Shown here one piece after another: positions 1 to 9,135 of a DNA stretch of 48,776 nucleotides. The DNA is taken from IMG/VR virus record IMGVR_UViG_3300011114_000473, positions 1-48,776 of that record. One strand, written 5' to 3'. The DNA comes from a virus (Duplodnaviria; Caudoviricetes). How positions within the stretch are numbered: position 1 is the first letter of the stretch; the number at the start of each line of letters is the position of its first letter. Made by a program: the position numbers and the translations under genes. Under the pieces are notes generated by a model. That model was not told the origin of the DNA and did not search any database. It was given only the letters and a program-made list of their open reading frames with translations.

Positions 1-1
1 C

Positions 2-607
2 GGCTGGGAGACGTTCCCCTGCCTCAACATCGACGGCGACGAGATCGACGCGGAACTGTGGGAGATCGACGAGAACCTGATGCGGGCCGAACTGACGCCG
101 GCGCAGGAGGCCGATCATATGGCGCGGCGGAAGAAACTGTGGGAGCAGAAAGAAACCGCGACAAGTTGTCGTGGTTTTGAGGGCCGGGGCAATACCGGAT
201 TCAGTTTCGATACCGCGACCGTCACGGGCAAATCTCAACGCGATATTCAACGCGCCGTCTCTCGCGGCGAGAAGATCGCCCCTGACGTGCTCGCCAACAT
301 CCAGGGCACCGCTCTCGACAAAGGCACGCATCTCGACGCTCTCGCCAAACTTCCCCATGAAGAGCAGCGCCGGGCCGTCACCCTTGGCAACGTCGCTTCA
401 ATGGATGCCAAGAAACTCGACGCGGCTGACGCCAAGCACGAAGCCGACGACAAGATCGCCGACCTCCTCGCATCATTCATCCCCGGCGAGCATTGGGACG
501 CGCTGAAGGCCAATCTCTACACGGCTGGGTATAAGGCGCTCGCCCAAGCATTCACGCGGCTCATTGGCGTCTCGGTGTTCGACAACACCACGGCGGGGCG
601 CGAATGA
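2..607 (+). CDS. ParB/Srx-like N-terminal domain protein (5' partial)
   Basis: Frame is open from base 2: GWETFPCLNIDGDEIDAELWEIDENLMRAELTPAQEA. The ENLxRxxLT motif is typical of the end of ParB-N domains and is followed by an HTH-like segment. Confidence 0.75.
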   Translation, partial: GWETFPCLNIDGDEIDAELWEIDENLMRAELTPAQEADHMARRKKLWEQKETATSCRGFEGRGNTGFSFDTATVTGKSQRDIQRAVSRGEKIAPDVLANIQGTALDKGTHLDALAKLPHEEQRRAVTLGNVASMDAKKLDAADAKHEADDKIADLLASFIPGEHWDALKANLYTAGYKALAQAFTRLIGVSVFDNTTAGRE

Positions 608-1011
608 GCGTCAGCCTCGCATCCCTCGGCCCAGCCGCGCAGAAGCAAGCCGCCGCGCAGATCAACGCCCAGGCCGCGAAACCGACGAAGGCGCCTAAAT
701 ATCGCAACGTCGCGGTCGTCGTGGACGGCTATCGGTTCGACAGCAAGCGCGAGGCAGAGCGGTATGTCGTTCTTGCCGGTGAAGTCGATGCCAAGCGCAT
801 CCGCGACCTGAAGGTTCAACCGGCTTTCCGCTGCGAGATCGCGGGCGTTCTGATTTGCGACGTGGTGGCCGACTTCAGCTATCGCCGCAATGCCGACAAC
901 GCTTACGTGGTCGAGGATGTGAAGTCGAAGGCCACGAAGACGGCGGTCTATCGGATGAAGGCCAAGCTCGTGCGGGCGCTCCATCACGTTGAGATTACGG
1001 AGGTCGCATGA
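604..1011 (+). CDS. DUF1064 family protein (PD-(D/E)xK-like endonuclease)
   Basis: KYRN...VDGYRFDSKREAERY, ADFSY and VVEDVKS motifs; ATGA overlap with the upstream gene. Confidence 0.85.
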   Translation: MSVSLASLGPAAQKQAAAQINAQAAKPTKAPKYRNVAVVVDGYRFDSKREAERYVVLAGEVDAKRIRDLKVQPAFRCEIAGVLICDVVADFSYRRNADNAYVVEDVKSKATKTAVYRMKAKLVRALHHVEITEVA

Positions 1012-1970
1012 GCCTCCTAGCCCCGTTCCCCTATTTTGGTGGCAAGCGGTCCGTTGCTGCGGATGTCTGGAAGCGCCTCGGCTCTACCTCACAATACATC
1101 GAGCCCTTCTGCGGCTCGGCGGCGGTGCTCCTAGCGTCTCCCCGCCCGGCCGCGCTTGAGGTTGTCTGTGACGGATCGGGCTTCATCGCCAACTTCTGGC
1201 GCGCGGTCAAATACCAGCCAGCAGCCGTCGCAGAATGGGCAGATTACCCGGTCTCGCACATCGACCTCGGCGCGCGGCATATCTGGCTGATGAGCCAGAG
1301 GCCGAGCATTGGCGAGCGGCTCCAAGATCCGGACTGGCCGGGCGACGCCAAGGTAGCGGGATGGTGGCTCTGGGGACAATGCTGCTGGATCGGGTCCGGC
1401 TGGTGCGATTGGGACCGGGCAGGTTCCGCACGCCGGCAACGCGGGGAGGGGGATACAGGCGGTCGGGAAGGTATCGACGCCAGCTCTGCGGGGATGGGGA
1501 TACAGGCGGTCGGGAAGGTTCCGCACGCCAGTGACGCGGGGAGGGGCAAAGAAGCTCTCCTGACCTCCTCCGGGCGTGCCGCCTGGAATTGGCTGCATAA
1601 GCTCGCCGACCGGCTTGAGCGCGTCCGCGTCGTTCACGGCGACTGGTCTCGCTGCCTCAACAATCATTTTGGCGGCAACGATACGGCCGTCTTTCTGGAC
1701 CCGCCCTATCTGGCCTACGAAAAACTCTATGGCGTCGCCGAGCCCGTCGCCAAGGCGGTCGAGGAATGGGCGCGCGATAACGCCAATCTCCGAGTTGCCC
1801 TCTGCGGTCATAAGGGTGATTACGACCTTCCCGGATGGGATCAGGTCGAGTGGTCGCGTGGACGCCTCACCTATGGCGGCGGCAAGACAACGGACCTTGA
1901 GTGCGTCTGGTACTCACCCGCCTGCCTGCCGCGCGAGACGCTCGACCTTTTTGCGGGGGCCGTCGCATGA
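1008..1970 (+). CDS. D12-class N6-adenine DNA methyltransferase (Dam-like)
   Basis: PFPYFGGK, YIEPFCGSAAV (motif I) and FLDPPY (motif IV). Confidence 0.9.
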   Translation: MSLLAPFPYFGGKRSVAADVWKRLGSTSQYIEPFCGSAAVLLASPRPAALEVVCDGSGFIANFWRAVKYQPAAVAEWADYPVSHIDLGARHIWLMSQRPSIGERLQDPDWPGDAKVAGWWLWGQCCWIGSGWCDWDRAGSARRQRGEGDTGGREGIDASSAGMGIQAVGKVPHASDAGRGKEALLTSSGRAAWNWLHKLADRLERVRVVHGDWSRCLNNHFGGNDTAVFLDPPYLAYEKLYGVAEPVAKAVEEWARDNANLRVALCGHKGDYDLPGWDQVEWSRGRLTYGGGKTTDLECVWYSPACLPRETLDLFAGAVA

Positions 1971-2344
1971 CATCCCCGTCCTCCGAACCTCTCCCCCGTC
2001 TCGTAATCCTAGAATCTCCCTATGCCGGGAAGATCGGTGAGAACGTCGCTTACGCCCAAGCCTGTGTGAGAGACAGCCTCATGCGTGGCGAGGCTCCGAT
2101 AGCGTCTCATTTGCTCTACACCCAGCCGGGGATTCTCTGCGACGAAATCCCCGTCGAGCGGCATATGGGAATAGAGGCTGGGCTTGCCTGGGGGCGCGTT
2201 GCCGACATGACCGTGGTCTATGTCGATCGGGGGATATCTCCGGGCATGGAATACGGGATCGAGCACGCCAAGCGCGCGAACCGACCGATTGAGTATCGCA
2301 GCTTGAAGGGTGCGCTCGGCGTGGTGGCGAGGGGGCTGGAGTGA
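1967..2344 (+). CDS. Conserved phage protein, nucleoside 2-deoxyribosyltransferase-like fold (DUF4406/DUF7768-like)
   Basis: VILESPYAG...N.AYA..CVRDSL.RGEAPIASHLLYTQ...GISPGMEYGI pattern; ATGA coupling at 1967. Confidence 0.7.
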   Translation: MTSPSSEPLPRLVILESPYAGKIGENVAYAQACVRDSLMRGEAPIASHLLYTQPGILCDEIPVERHMGIEAGLAWGRVADMTVVYVDRGISPGMEYGIEHAKRANRPIEYRSLKGALGVVARGLE

Positions 2345-2544
2345 CCGTCAGCAGTACAGCCGTCGCCCTGGCTCTCGAATACATGGCCTATGCCGAGGCC
2401 CGCTGCATCTCGAAGGAGACCATCATGGAAGCCCTCGGCAGGCCCACTCCGCACGCGACCTTCATGCAAGTCGTCGCGGCACTCGCAGAGAGTTGGGAAA
2501 CCGATCGGGCAATAATGGCTGGCATGGAGGCTCTGGCGGCGTAA
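2341..2544 (+). CDS. Hypothetical protein
   Basis: 67 aa ORF, GTGA overlap with the upstream stop, phage-like codon usage. Confidence 0.5.
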   Translation: MTVSSTAVALALEYMAYAEARCISKETIMEALGRPTPHATFMQVVAALAESWETDRAIMAGMEALAA

Positions 2545-2549
2545 GTCGA

Positions 2550-2599
2550 TCCCCCACATTCCACAGGCTGTGGATCGTTTCGACCCTGCTTGTGGATAG
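2550..2599. promoter_or_regulatory. Cluster of DnaA-box-like 9-mers upstream of the replication initiator
   Basis: TCCCCCACA 2550, CATTCCACA 2557, TGTGGATCG 2569 and TGTGGATAG 2591 versus the consensus TTATCCACA/TGTGGATAA. Confidence 0.45.
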
Positions 2600-2651
2600 T
2601 AATCTGGATTAAAATGAGCCGTATCAGGACACACGAACCGAGATTTGATTT

Positions 2652-3536
2652 ATGAGCGAAGTCCGCAACGGTCTTTTTGTCGATTACTGCGCCAAGGATT
2701 TCTTGGACGGAACGCAGATGCTCGACCCATGGGAGGAACTGGCCTATCGCCGGATCGTGGACATGATCTATGCGACCAACGACCGCCTCATGGATGACGA
2801 CCGCAAAATTGCCTGGATGACGAAGACCGGGAATCGGTGGCCGCGCATCAAAGCCGTGCTGTTGGAGCAGGGTAAAATCGACATCATCGACGGGCACATT
2901 TCCAACGCTCGCTGCAGGAAAACTCTCGAAAAATCCGCGCGAAAAATCGCTCAGTCGGTGGGGGCCGGTCAAGCATCGGCAGCGACAGGTAAGTCATTGA
3001 AAAACCTACAACGCGGCCGAACGGACGTTCCATCCGCCGTTGGAACGGACGCCCGAACCAACTACAGACCCAATGTAGAAGAAGATAAATCTTCTCCTAC
3101 AAGAGATGTGCATCAGACCAATTTTCGCCGTGAGTTCGAGACGGTCTTTTGGCCGGCATATCCCGTCAAATCCGGGAAGAAGCCAGCCCTCGGTGCTTTC
3201 CTGAAGGCAAGGGAGCGCGACACCCTCGAAGCCATCATGGCGGGAGTGGACCGCTACAAGCGAACGCTCGCCCTGCCGAACGCTCCCAATCCGAAAATGG
3301 CTCAAGGCTGGCTCAACGATGAGCGGTGGAAAGACGAGGATTATCCGATTGGAGGCTCAAGTGGACGACAACTCGGGAATGGAAATCAGAACGGTCGGGG
3401 AAGTCTTACCCCCGTTGAAAGCCTCTTCGCCGGATTCGCCCTCGCCCTCGACGACGATGAACGTCAGCAGGAGGGCCATTGCCGAGAGGATTTCGACCCT
3501 TCTGAGCCACTATTGGACCGCCGCGGACAGTCCTGA
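2652..3536 (+). CDS. YdaU/DUF1376-family phage replication initiator protein
   Basis: N-terminal YCAKDFLDGTQMLDPWEELAYRRIVD; C-terminal FWPAYP.K.GKK.A..AF and GWLNDERWKDE motifs. Confidence 0.8.
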   Translation: MSEVRNGLFVDYCAKDFLDGTQMLDPWEELAYRRIVDMIYATNDRLMDDDRKIAWMTKTGNRWPRIKAVLLEQGKIDIIDGHISNARCRKTLEKSARKIAQSVGAGQASAATGKSLKNLQRGRTDVPSAVGTDARTNYRPNVEEDKSSPTRDVHQTNFRREFETVFWPAYPVKSGKKPALGAFLKARERDTLEAIMAGVDRYKRTLALPNAPNPKMAQGWLNDERWKDEDYPIGGSSGRQLGNGNQNGRGSLTPVESLFAGFALALDDDERQQEGHCREDFDPSEPLLDRRGQS

Positions 3537-3903
3537 ATTGCGGAAGTTCCAGGCGCGGGACTGGCTTGACGACCTCGGGGAATTCTCGCCCATCGTTGTG
3601 GCCGACGCCTGCCAATCCTGGCGGCGGTCACAATCGAAGCGGCCGACGATCGCCGATATCCGGGCGCTCTGCATCGAGGGGCGGACACTGCATGACGCGA
3701 AGACCAACCGGCAGAATCGGCTACCGGCGCCGGATCGCAGCCAAGACGAGCGGGAAGACCAGGAAGCCCGGCAGCGCAAGTACGAGGAAGCCTTCGTGTA
3801 TCGGGAGCAATGGGCGCAGGAGCGCGGCTGCGATAGCTACGCCCACGCTATCCAGATCGGGATCAACGAGGTTTCGCGGCGTCCGGTGAGGGGAGCCCAA
3901 TGA
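3457..3903 (+). CDS. Putative helicase loader / replication protein P-like
   Basis: Directly follows the initiator; DWLDDLGEF...ACQSWRR..SKRPTIADIRALC pattern. Start chosen at ATG 3457. Confidence 0.55.
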   Translation: MNVSRRAIAERISTLLSHYWTAADSPELRKFQARDWLDDLGEFSPIVVADACQSWRRSQSKRPTIADIRALCIEGRTLHDAKTNRQNRLPAPDRSQDEREDQEARQRKYEEAFVYREQWAQERGCDSYAHAIQIGINEVSRRPVRGAQ

Positions 3904-4445
3904 TGAAGGTTGGCGAACTCAAGGAACTGCTCTCCAAGTATCCCGACGACATGGAGGTTTGCGCGACAACGGGGGCCATCACGAGACCGAAGGACGCGCG
4001 GTGCGAGCTTCGCGATATCGTCTCGGATGGCTTGGCTACACCTCCGTACACGCTCCAGCAAACCGTCCTGCAAATCCGGCATTGGAATTACGGCCAGCCG
4101 ATTGGCTGGGATCATCTGACGCCGGAAAGCGCCAAGGAGATCGGCAAGGAGTTTCTTCACGTCTTGGCACGAATGGAGGACTTTCCCTCAAAAGACCGAT
4201 TCATGAAGAACGGCACAACGTTCCGGACATGGAGCGACTTTGGCGGCTCGCAGGATTGGTGCTATGGCCGCAACTGGGACCCGCGCGTGATCGTCGATCT
4301 GGAGGCAAAGGGGCTCATCAAGTTCGTCCAGCACGGGTACGAGACTGGTTGTTACATCACCACAACCGGGATGAAAAAGATCAAGCCAGCCTGGAAGGCA
4401 AAGCGGCTGCGGATCGACTTCGCCTCCGAAAGCCCACCGGCATGA
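3900..4445 (+). CDS. Hypothetical protein
   Basis: 181 aa ORF, translationally coupled; MKVGELKELLSKYPDDMEV start is common in phage proteins. Confidence 0.6.
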   Translation: MMKVGELKELLSKYPDDMEVCATTGAITRPKDARCELRDIVSDGLATPPYTLQQTVLQIRHWNYGQPIGWDHLTPESAKEIGKEFLHVLARMEDFPSKDRFMKNGTTFRTWSDFGGSQDWCYGRNWDPRVIVDLEAKGLIKFVQHGYETGCYITTTGMKKIKPAWKAKRLRIDFASESPPA

Positions 4446-4491
4446 TGCGCGAGGGGGAGAATCCTTTGGTCGAGACCTTGGGCTCGATAAT

Positions 4492-4689
4492 CTATATCCC
4501 GATAAGCCTCCGCGCCTCGGGGATCTCGCCGAGGATTCTGAGCAGGACGACGACCGTCCCCGGCACGGCGCGGTCTCCCGCTTCCCATCGGCGGACTGTG
4601 CGACCGCTCTCGACGCCGACCGCCTCGGCAAACTTCTGCGCGGAAAGGCCCAGCGCGTGCCGGGCCTCTCTCAGTTCAGCGGCGGTCAT
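4492..4689 (-). CDS. XRE-family helix-turn-helix protein
   Basis: MTAAELREARHALGLSAQKFAEAVGVESGRTVRRWEAGDRAVP. Confidence 0.8.
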   Translation of the reverse strand: MTAAELREARHALGLSAQKFAEAVGVESGRTVRRWEAGDRAVPGTVVVLLRILGEIPEARRLIGI

Positions 4690-4690
4690 G

Positions 4691-4921
4691 TCAAGCCCAC
4701 GGGACAGTCGCGCCGAGCAACTGCCCCGTCCGCGCGCTGTATTCGATCTCGATGTACTGGCCGCGACCGCGAGTGCCTGCGGCATTGGAGCAGGCGCATC
4801 CCTTGTAGCCACAGAGGGCCTTCCACGAGCGGCGGACCTGTCGGGCGCTCAAGGCCTTCCCGCTGGTCACGAGATTGACGCTGGTGCCGTGGAAGTCGTT
4901 GGTGAGCGTGATCTTGGTCAT
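4691..4921 (-). CDS. Hypothetical protein
   Basis: 76 aa ORF with a strong GAGGAG RBS, abutting the HTH gene; contains C-x4-C-x-C. Confidence 0.65.
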   Translation of the reverse strand: MTKITLTNDFHGTSVNLVTSGKALSARQVRRSWKALCGYKGCACSNAAGTRGRGQYIEIEYSARTGQLLGATVPWA

Positions 4922-4951
4922 GGTAATTCTCCTCGGGTTGGCGGGTGGGGA

Positions 4952-5209
4952 TCATCCGAGGATGAGGTTCACAACGCAGTTTTCAATCGCGAAAACCTCA
5001 GAGGGCTTGAACTCGCCGATGGTGGTGCAACCATATTCGGCACCTTCGCCCTGGTACTGATTAACGAAGCAATTCCCGTTGTTTATCTGAATGGCGATGG
5101 AAGTGGGCTGACCGCAGGGGCGGATTTCAATCACGTCATCCTCGACTTGATGATCAGGGGACTCAACGAAGACGGCGCGATTAGCCAGCCCGTGAGCGCG
5201 AAACCGCAT
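4952..5209 (-). CDS. Hypothetical protein (start uncertain)
   Basis: Lower-GC ORF co-oriented with the small leftward operon. Confidence 0.35.
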   Translation of the reverse strand: MRFRAHGLANRAVFVESPDHQVEDDVIEIRPCGQPTSIAIQINNGNCFVNQYQGEGAEYGCTTIGEFKPSEVFAIENCVVNLILG

Positions 5210-5240
5210 CAACTTACCCATTTCATGGTAGAGTACCGAC

Positions 5241-5753
5241 ATGCCCAAAGCCCCGCCAAAGCCGAAGGAATCAGGCGCTCCCAAAAAGATGGGGAGACCA
5301 ACCGACTTTACCGCAGACCTAGCTTCCGCGATCTGCGTGATGATCCAATGCGGCGCGACAACGAGAGAGATCGAAGCCCGACCAGAAATGCCAGGTTGGA
5401 CAACGATCAACAGATGGCTGTCGGATCATCCTGAGTTTCAGCAGCAATACATGCGCGCGCGAGAAATTTCGGCGGCTGTGCTTGAAGAGCAGATCATGAT
5501 CGAGGCCGAGGGCGCGAACAAAGAGAACGCGAACGCGGCTCGGGTGAAGATCGACGCCTGGAAATGGATCATGGGCAAGCGCGCTCCGAAGAAGTACGGC
5601 GAGCGGGTCGTCAACGAACATGTAGGCAAAGACGGCGGCCCGATTCAATCGGAGAGTACGACGAAGCTGGACGTATCGCAGCTGGACGCGGGCGAGCGGA
5701 AGGCTCTGCGGGATTTGATGACGAAGGCTGCGGTGAAGGGGGATATTTCTTGA
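5241..5753 (+). CDS. terS: Terminase small subunit (Sf6 gp1-like)
   Basis: GRPTDFT...IC...PGWTTINRWL..HPEFQQQYMRARE...RVKIDAWKW...PKKYGER; lies upstream of terL. Confidence 0.9.
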   Translation: MPKAPPKPKESGAPKKMGRPTDFTADLASAICVMIQCGATTREIEARPEMPGWTTINRWLSDHPEFQQQYMRAREISAAVLEEQIMIEAEGANKENANAARVKIDAWKWIMGKRAPKKYGERVVNEHVGKDGGPIQSESTTKLDVSQLDAGERKALRDLMTKAAVKGDIS

Positions 5754-5846
5754 GCATCGATCACAGCGACGCAGATCCCGTCGCCGAGGAAGCCGCCTAT
5801 CAAGCTGGGCAGGCAGCGGCTGGGATGGCGCGGGTTACGGGGGACG

Positions 5847-6152
5847 GTGATGACGCCTCCCCTCTTTAGCGAGCCGGATCTGCGTGATGCATTGGTCGCA
5901 ATGGGCATTCCCCATTATCTCGCCGGGCGAAAGCCGCCGAGCCATCGCTTTACGGAAATCATACGCACGGGGAAGCCGGGGGAGCGCGTAGAGAGTGTCA
6001 TCGGGGATTGGTGGGCGCGATTTCTGGAGAATGCCGCTGGGGCGAAGGCGATCCACTGGCGCAGCCCTCCAGAGGTGCGTTGGATCGACGCGACAAAGGT
6101 CGGTGGCGGTCACTGGGGTGTCTACGGGCGTTACTATGCGGAGAGGCCATGA
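5847..6152 (+). CDS. Hypothetical protein
   Basis: 101 aa ORF between terS and terL, coupled to the next ORF. Confidence 0.45.
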   Translation: MMTPPLFSEPDLRDALVAMGIPHYLAGRKPPSHRFTEIIRTGKPGERVESVIGDWWARFLENAAGAKAIHWRSPPEVRWIDATKVGGGHWGVYGRYYAERP

Positions 6153-6328
6153 AACTCCCCGCTCGATCGCCGCCCGTTCCCTTCGTCTCCCGCGATCCTC
6201 TCCTCGCCATCGCACAATTCGCCCAAGCGTGGCGAGACGCACCTGATGACGCACACACATCCAAGACGCTGCTGGAGGCTATCCGCGCCTGGGAGAGGAT
6301 GCCGCGCTTTGTGTGGGGAGAGCCATGA
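6149..6328 (+). CDS. Hypothetical protein
   Basis: 59 aa ORF with ATGA overlap and a GAGAGG RBS. Confidence 0.4.
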   Translation: MKLPARSPPVPFVSRDPLLAIAQFAQAWRDAPDDAHTSKTLLEAIRAWERMPRFVWGEP

Positions 6329-6417
6329 GTGAGCGGGCGGCACCAATCAGGATCTTTGAAAGCCTATCGCCAGATTTGGTTCCCCCATTTATGAGGGGCA
6401 GGGAGCCCTGATGCCGG

Positions 6418-9111
6418 TTGACACTTGATCTATCGACGCTCGACCCGAAAGCCGTTCTCCGCGATCTCGACAGGGCCGATTGCGAGGACAGCCTCTACGT
6501 ATTTCTCCAGCATGCGTGGAAATACGTAGACGCCGCCCCATTCACGCCGGGTTGGCCCCTGGAGGCTGTCTGCGAGCATCTGGAAGCGGTGATCGACGGC
6601 GAGATCAAGCGCCTCATCATCAACATCCCCCCGCGGTGTGGAAAGCCAGTGCGTGTTGACGCATGGATCCCAACCATGGAACGGGGGCTCGTGCGGCTGG
6701 CCGATATCGCTGTCGGGAACCATGTCCTAACACACAAGGGCCGTTTCCGTGCCGTGACAGCCGTTCATGAGCAGGGCGTTCTCCCAACATTCACCATAAC
6801 GACGCGAAGCCACAGGGAAGTCGCTGCGGCAACAGACCATCCTTTTCTGACGACAGAAGGTTGGCGCGAGCTTGGATCTATCGTTCGCGACGATGTTGTT
6901 GGGATCGTGCCGCAATTAGAATCCTCTGGAGCACAAACTGTCACGCCAGAGACCGCGCGCCTCTTGGGATATCTGGTGGGCGATGGCGCATGTTACGGCA
7001 CACCGAACATTACCGTGGCCGACGATATAGAGGCAGCAGACATTATCCATTGCGTCCGGTCAGTTGGGCTGGAGCCGTCTGATATATCGTTCCGGATGGC
7101 CAGCACCGGATACATGCTGCGGCGCATTGGACTTACAGCACCGAAGGGTCACACTCACAATACGCGCAAGGGATATCGCGGACCCTCGATCCAATTTCTT
7201 GAGAAATACGGGCTTTACAAGAAGTCGTCTTATACCAAGTCGGTGCCCGTAGCCGTGATGGAGGGCTCGGATGATATCGTCCGAAACTTCGTCGGCGCTT
7301 ATTGGGCGTGCGATGGGTATGTGATCTCTCGCGGCTGTAAATCCGATGGCAGTTTGCGTGACGATCTGACTATTGGCTGCGACAGCGTGAATCGCGAGTT
7401 CATGCTGCAAATGCAGGCACTCTTGCTGCGCCTAGGTATCGTTGTTGGTGTCAGAACCAAGATTTCGCGGCGCAAGACAAAGAGGCAGGTGGATGCCTAC
7501 ACGTCCTATTCAATTCGGATTGCCGATCAAGATAACGCGTGGAGGTTTGCGTCTCAGATCGTCATTCCACATTCTAAAAATGCGAAGCTTGCGAGCGCGC
7601 GTAAGCGTCGGTTCGATTTTGATAGGCCGATTGTTGGCGAGGTCGTCGAAAGCGTTGAGCCGGCCGGTGATCACCCCTGTCGATGCTTGACGGTTGAAGG
7701 GGACGAGAGCTTCGTCGCGAACGGCTTTGCGGTTCATAATTCCACGATCACGAGCGTGTGCTTCCCCGCCTTCGTCTGGGCGCAGGAGCGTCGGTCCCCG
7801 ACAAGCGGTCCTGGTGTTCAGCTTCTCCATGCCTCCTACGCCCTCAACCTCGCCATGCGGGACAGCGTCAAGTGCAGGCGCCTGATCGAGAGCCCCTGGT
7901 ATCAACGGCTCTGGGGAGACAGGTTCAAGCTCGTGGGGGATCAGAACACCAAAGGCCGGTTTGCCAACACCGAGAAGGGCGAGCGGCTGATTACCGCCGT
8001 CGAGGCGAAGGTCACGGGTGAAGGCGGGTCCATCATCGTGATCGATGATCCCAACGCCGCAAATGAGGTGCTGTCCGAGGCCACCATCGAATCCACCAAG
8101 GAATGGTGGGATGGGACCATGTCCACCCGCCTCAACGATCCCAACACGGGTGCATTCGTCGTCATCCAGCAGAGATTGGGCGAGGAAGACCTGACCGGCC
8201 ACATCCTCGAAACGGACCACGGCTGGACGCATCTTTGCTTGCCTATGGAATTTGAGTCGGAACGGTCGGTCGTCACGTCTATCGGCTGGGAAGATCCCCG
8301 CGACGAACCCGGCGAGCTTCTTTGGCCCGAGCGTTTCAACGGGGAGCAGGTGAAAGACCTCTCCCGGCGCCTTGGCCCCTGGAAAGCTGCGGGCCAACTC
8401 CAGCAGCGCCCCGAGCCCAAGGGCGGCGGCATCATCAAGCGGGAATGGTGGAAGCTCTGGGAAGACGTCGCTTACCCCCCGATGGACATGATCGTCGCCT
8501 ATCTCGACACGGCTTATACCGAGAAGACGGAGAACGACGAATCCGCGCTCACCATCTGGGGCGTGTTCCAGGGCGATGTCATCGCCAAGGCGGCAAAGGA
8601 CCAGTTCAACAACATCGTCCGGACGTTTGACCAGCAGCACCCCCGCGTCATGCTCATGGATGCGTGGTCCGACCGGCTCCAGCTTCACGAGTTGGTCGAG
8701 AAGGTCGCGGCCACATGCAAGAAGATGAAAGTAGATAAGCTACTTATCGAAAATAAAGCGGCAGGTCATAGCGTAGCCCAGGAAATCCGCCGCCTCTTCG
8801 GGCATGAGGGGTTTTCGGTGCAGCTTGACGACCCGAAGGGGCAGGACAAGGTCGCGCGGCTCTACAGCATCCAGCATCTATTTGCCGAGGGCATGATCCA
8901 CGCGCCGGATCGGGCCTGGGCGGACAAGGTGATCACGCAGGTCGGATCGTTCCCGAAGGGCAAGCATGACGATCTCGTGGATACGGTTTCAGGGGCTTTG
9001 AGGCATCTTCGGACCTTGGGTCTGCTAATTCGCGGGCCGGAATGGACGGCCGATCTCGCGCAGCAGCAGGAGTATCACGGCGCTGAATTGCCGCCGCTTT
9101 ACCCGGCTTGA
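6418..9111 (+). CDS. terL: Terminase large subunit (intein-containing)
   Basis: Walker A NIPPRCGK|S, Walker B IIVIDDP, VVIQQRL, nuclease motifs LDTAY, IENKAAG and FPKGKHDDLVD. TTG start. Confidence 0.95.
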   Translation: MTLDLSTLDPKAVLRDLDRADCEDSLYVFLQHAWKYVDAAPFTPGWPLEAVCEHLEAVIDGEIKRLIINIPPRCGKPVRVDAWIPTMERGLVRLADIAVGNHVLTHKGRFRAVTAVHEQGVLPTFTITTRSHREVAAATDHPFLTTEGWRELGSIVRDDVVGIVPQLESSGAQTVTPETARLLGYLVGDGACYGTPNITVADDIEAADIIHCVRSVGLEPSDISFRMASTGYMLRRIGLTAPKGHTHNTRKGYRGPSIQFLEKYGLYKKSSYTKSVPVAVMEGSDDIVRNFVGAYWACDGYVISRGCKSDGSLRDDLTIGCDSVNREFMLQMQALLLRLGIVVGVRTKISRRKTKRQVDAYTSYSIRIADQDNAWRFASQIVIPHSKNAKLASARKRRFDFDRPIVGEVVESVEPAGDHPCRCLTVEGDESFVANGFAVHNSTITSVCFPAFVWAQERRSPTSGPGVQLLHASYALNLAMRDSVKCRRLIESPWYQRLWGDRFKLVGDQNTKGRFANTEKGERLITAVEAKVTGEGGSIIVIDDPNAANEVLSEATIESTKEWWDGTMSTRLNDPNTGAFVVIQQRLGEEDLTGHILETDHGWTHLCLPMEFESERSVVTSIGWEDPRDEPGELLWPERFNGEQVKDLSRRLGPWKAAGQLQQRPEPKGGGIIKREWWKLWEDVAYPPMDMIVAYLDTAYTEKTENDESALTIWGVFQGDVIAKAAKDQFNNIVRTFDQQHPRVMLMDAWSDRLQLHELVEKVAATCKKMKVDKLLIENKAAGHSVAQEIRRLFGHEGFSVQLDDPKGQDKVARLYSIQHLFAEGMIHAPDRAWADKVITQVGSFPKGKHDDLVDTVSGALRHLRTLGLLIRGPEWTADLAQQQEYHGAELPPLYPA
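6646..7740 (+). mobile_element. Intein (365 aa) with LAGLIDADG homing endonuclease inserted in the TerL Walker A motif
   Basis: Removal restores PPRCGK-STIT. Block B ATDHPFLT..GW; LAGLIDADG motifs LLGYLVGDG and FVGAYWACDG; block F/G CRCLTVEGDESFVANGFAVHN|S; lower GC than the exteins. Confidence 0.93.
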
Positions 9112-9135
9112 TACCTTTGCGACAAAGGTGTGTCA
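9111..9135 (+). terminator. Hairpin after terL (possible terminator)
   Basis: ACCTTTG-CGA-CAAAGGT stem followed by AT-rich sequence. Confidence 0.35.

Noticed and set aside
3959-5434. 491-aa plus-strand ORF
   Set aside because: Overlaps several better-supported genes on both strands and has no coherent domain.
6637-6645. Cys at 6637 as the canonical intein residue 1
   Set aside because: Splicing there would delete the essential GK of the Walker A motif.
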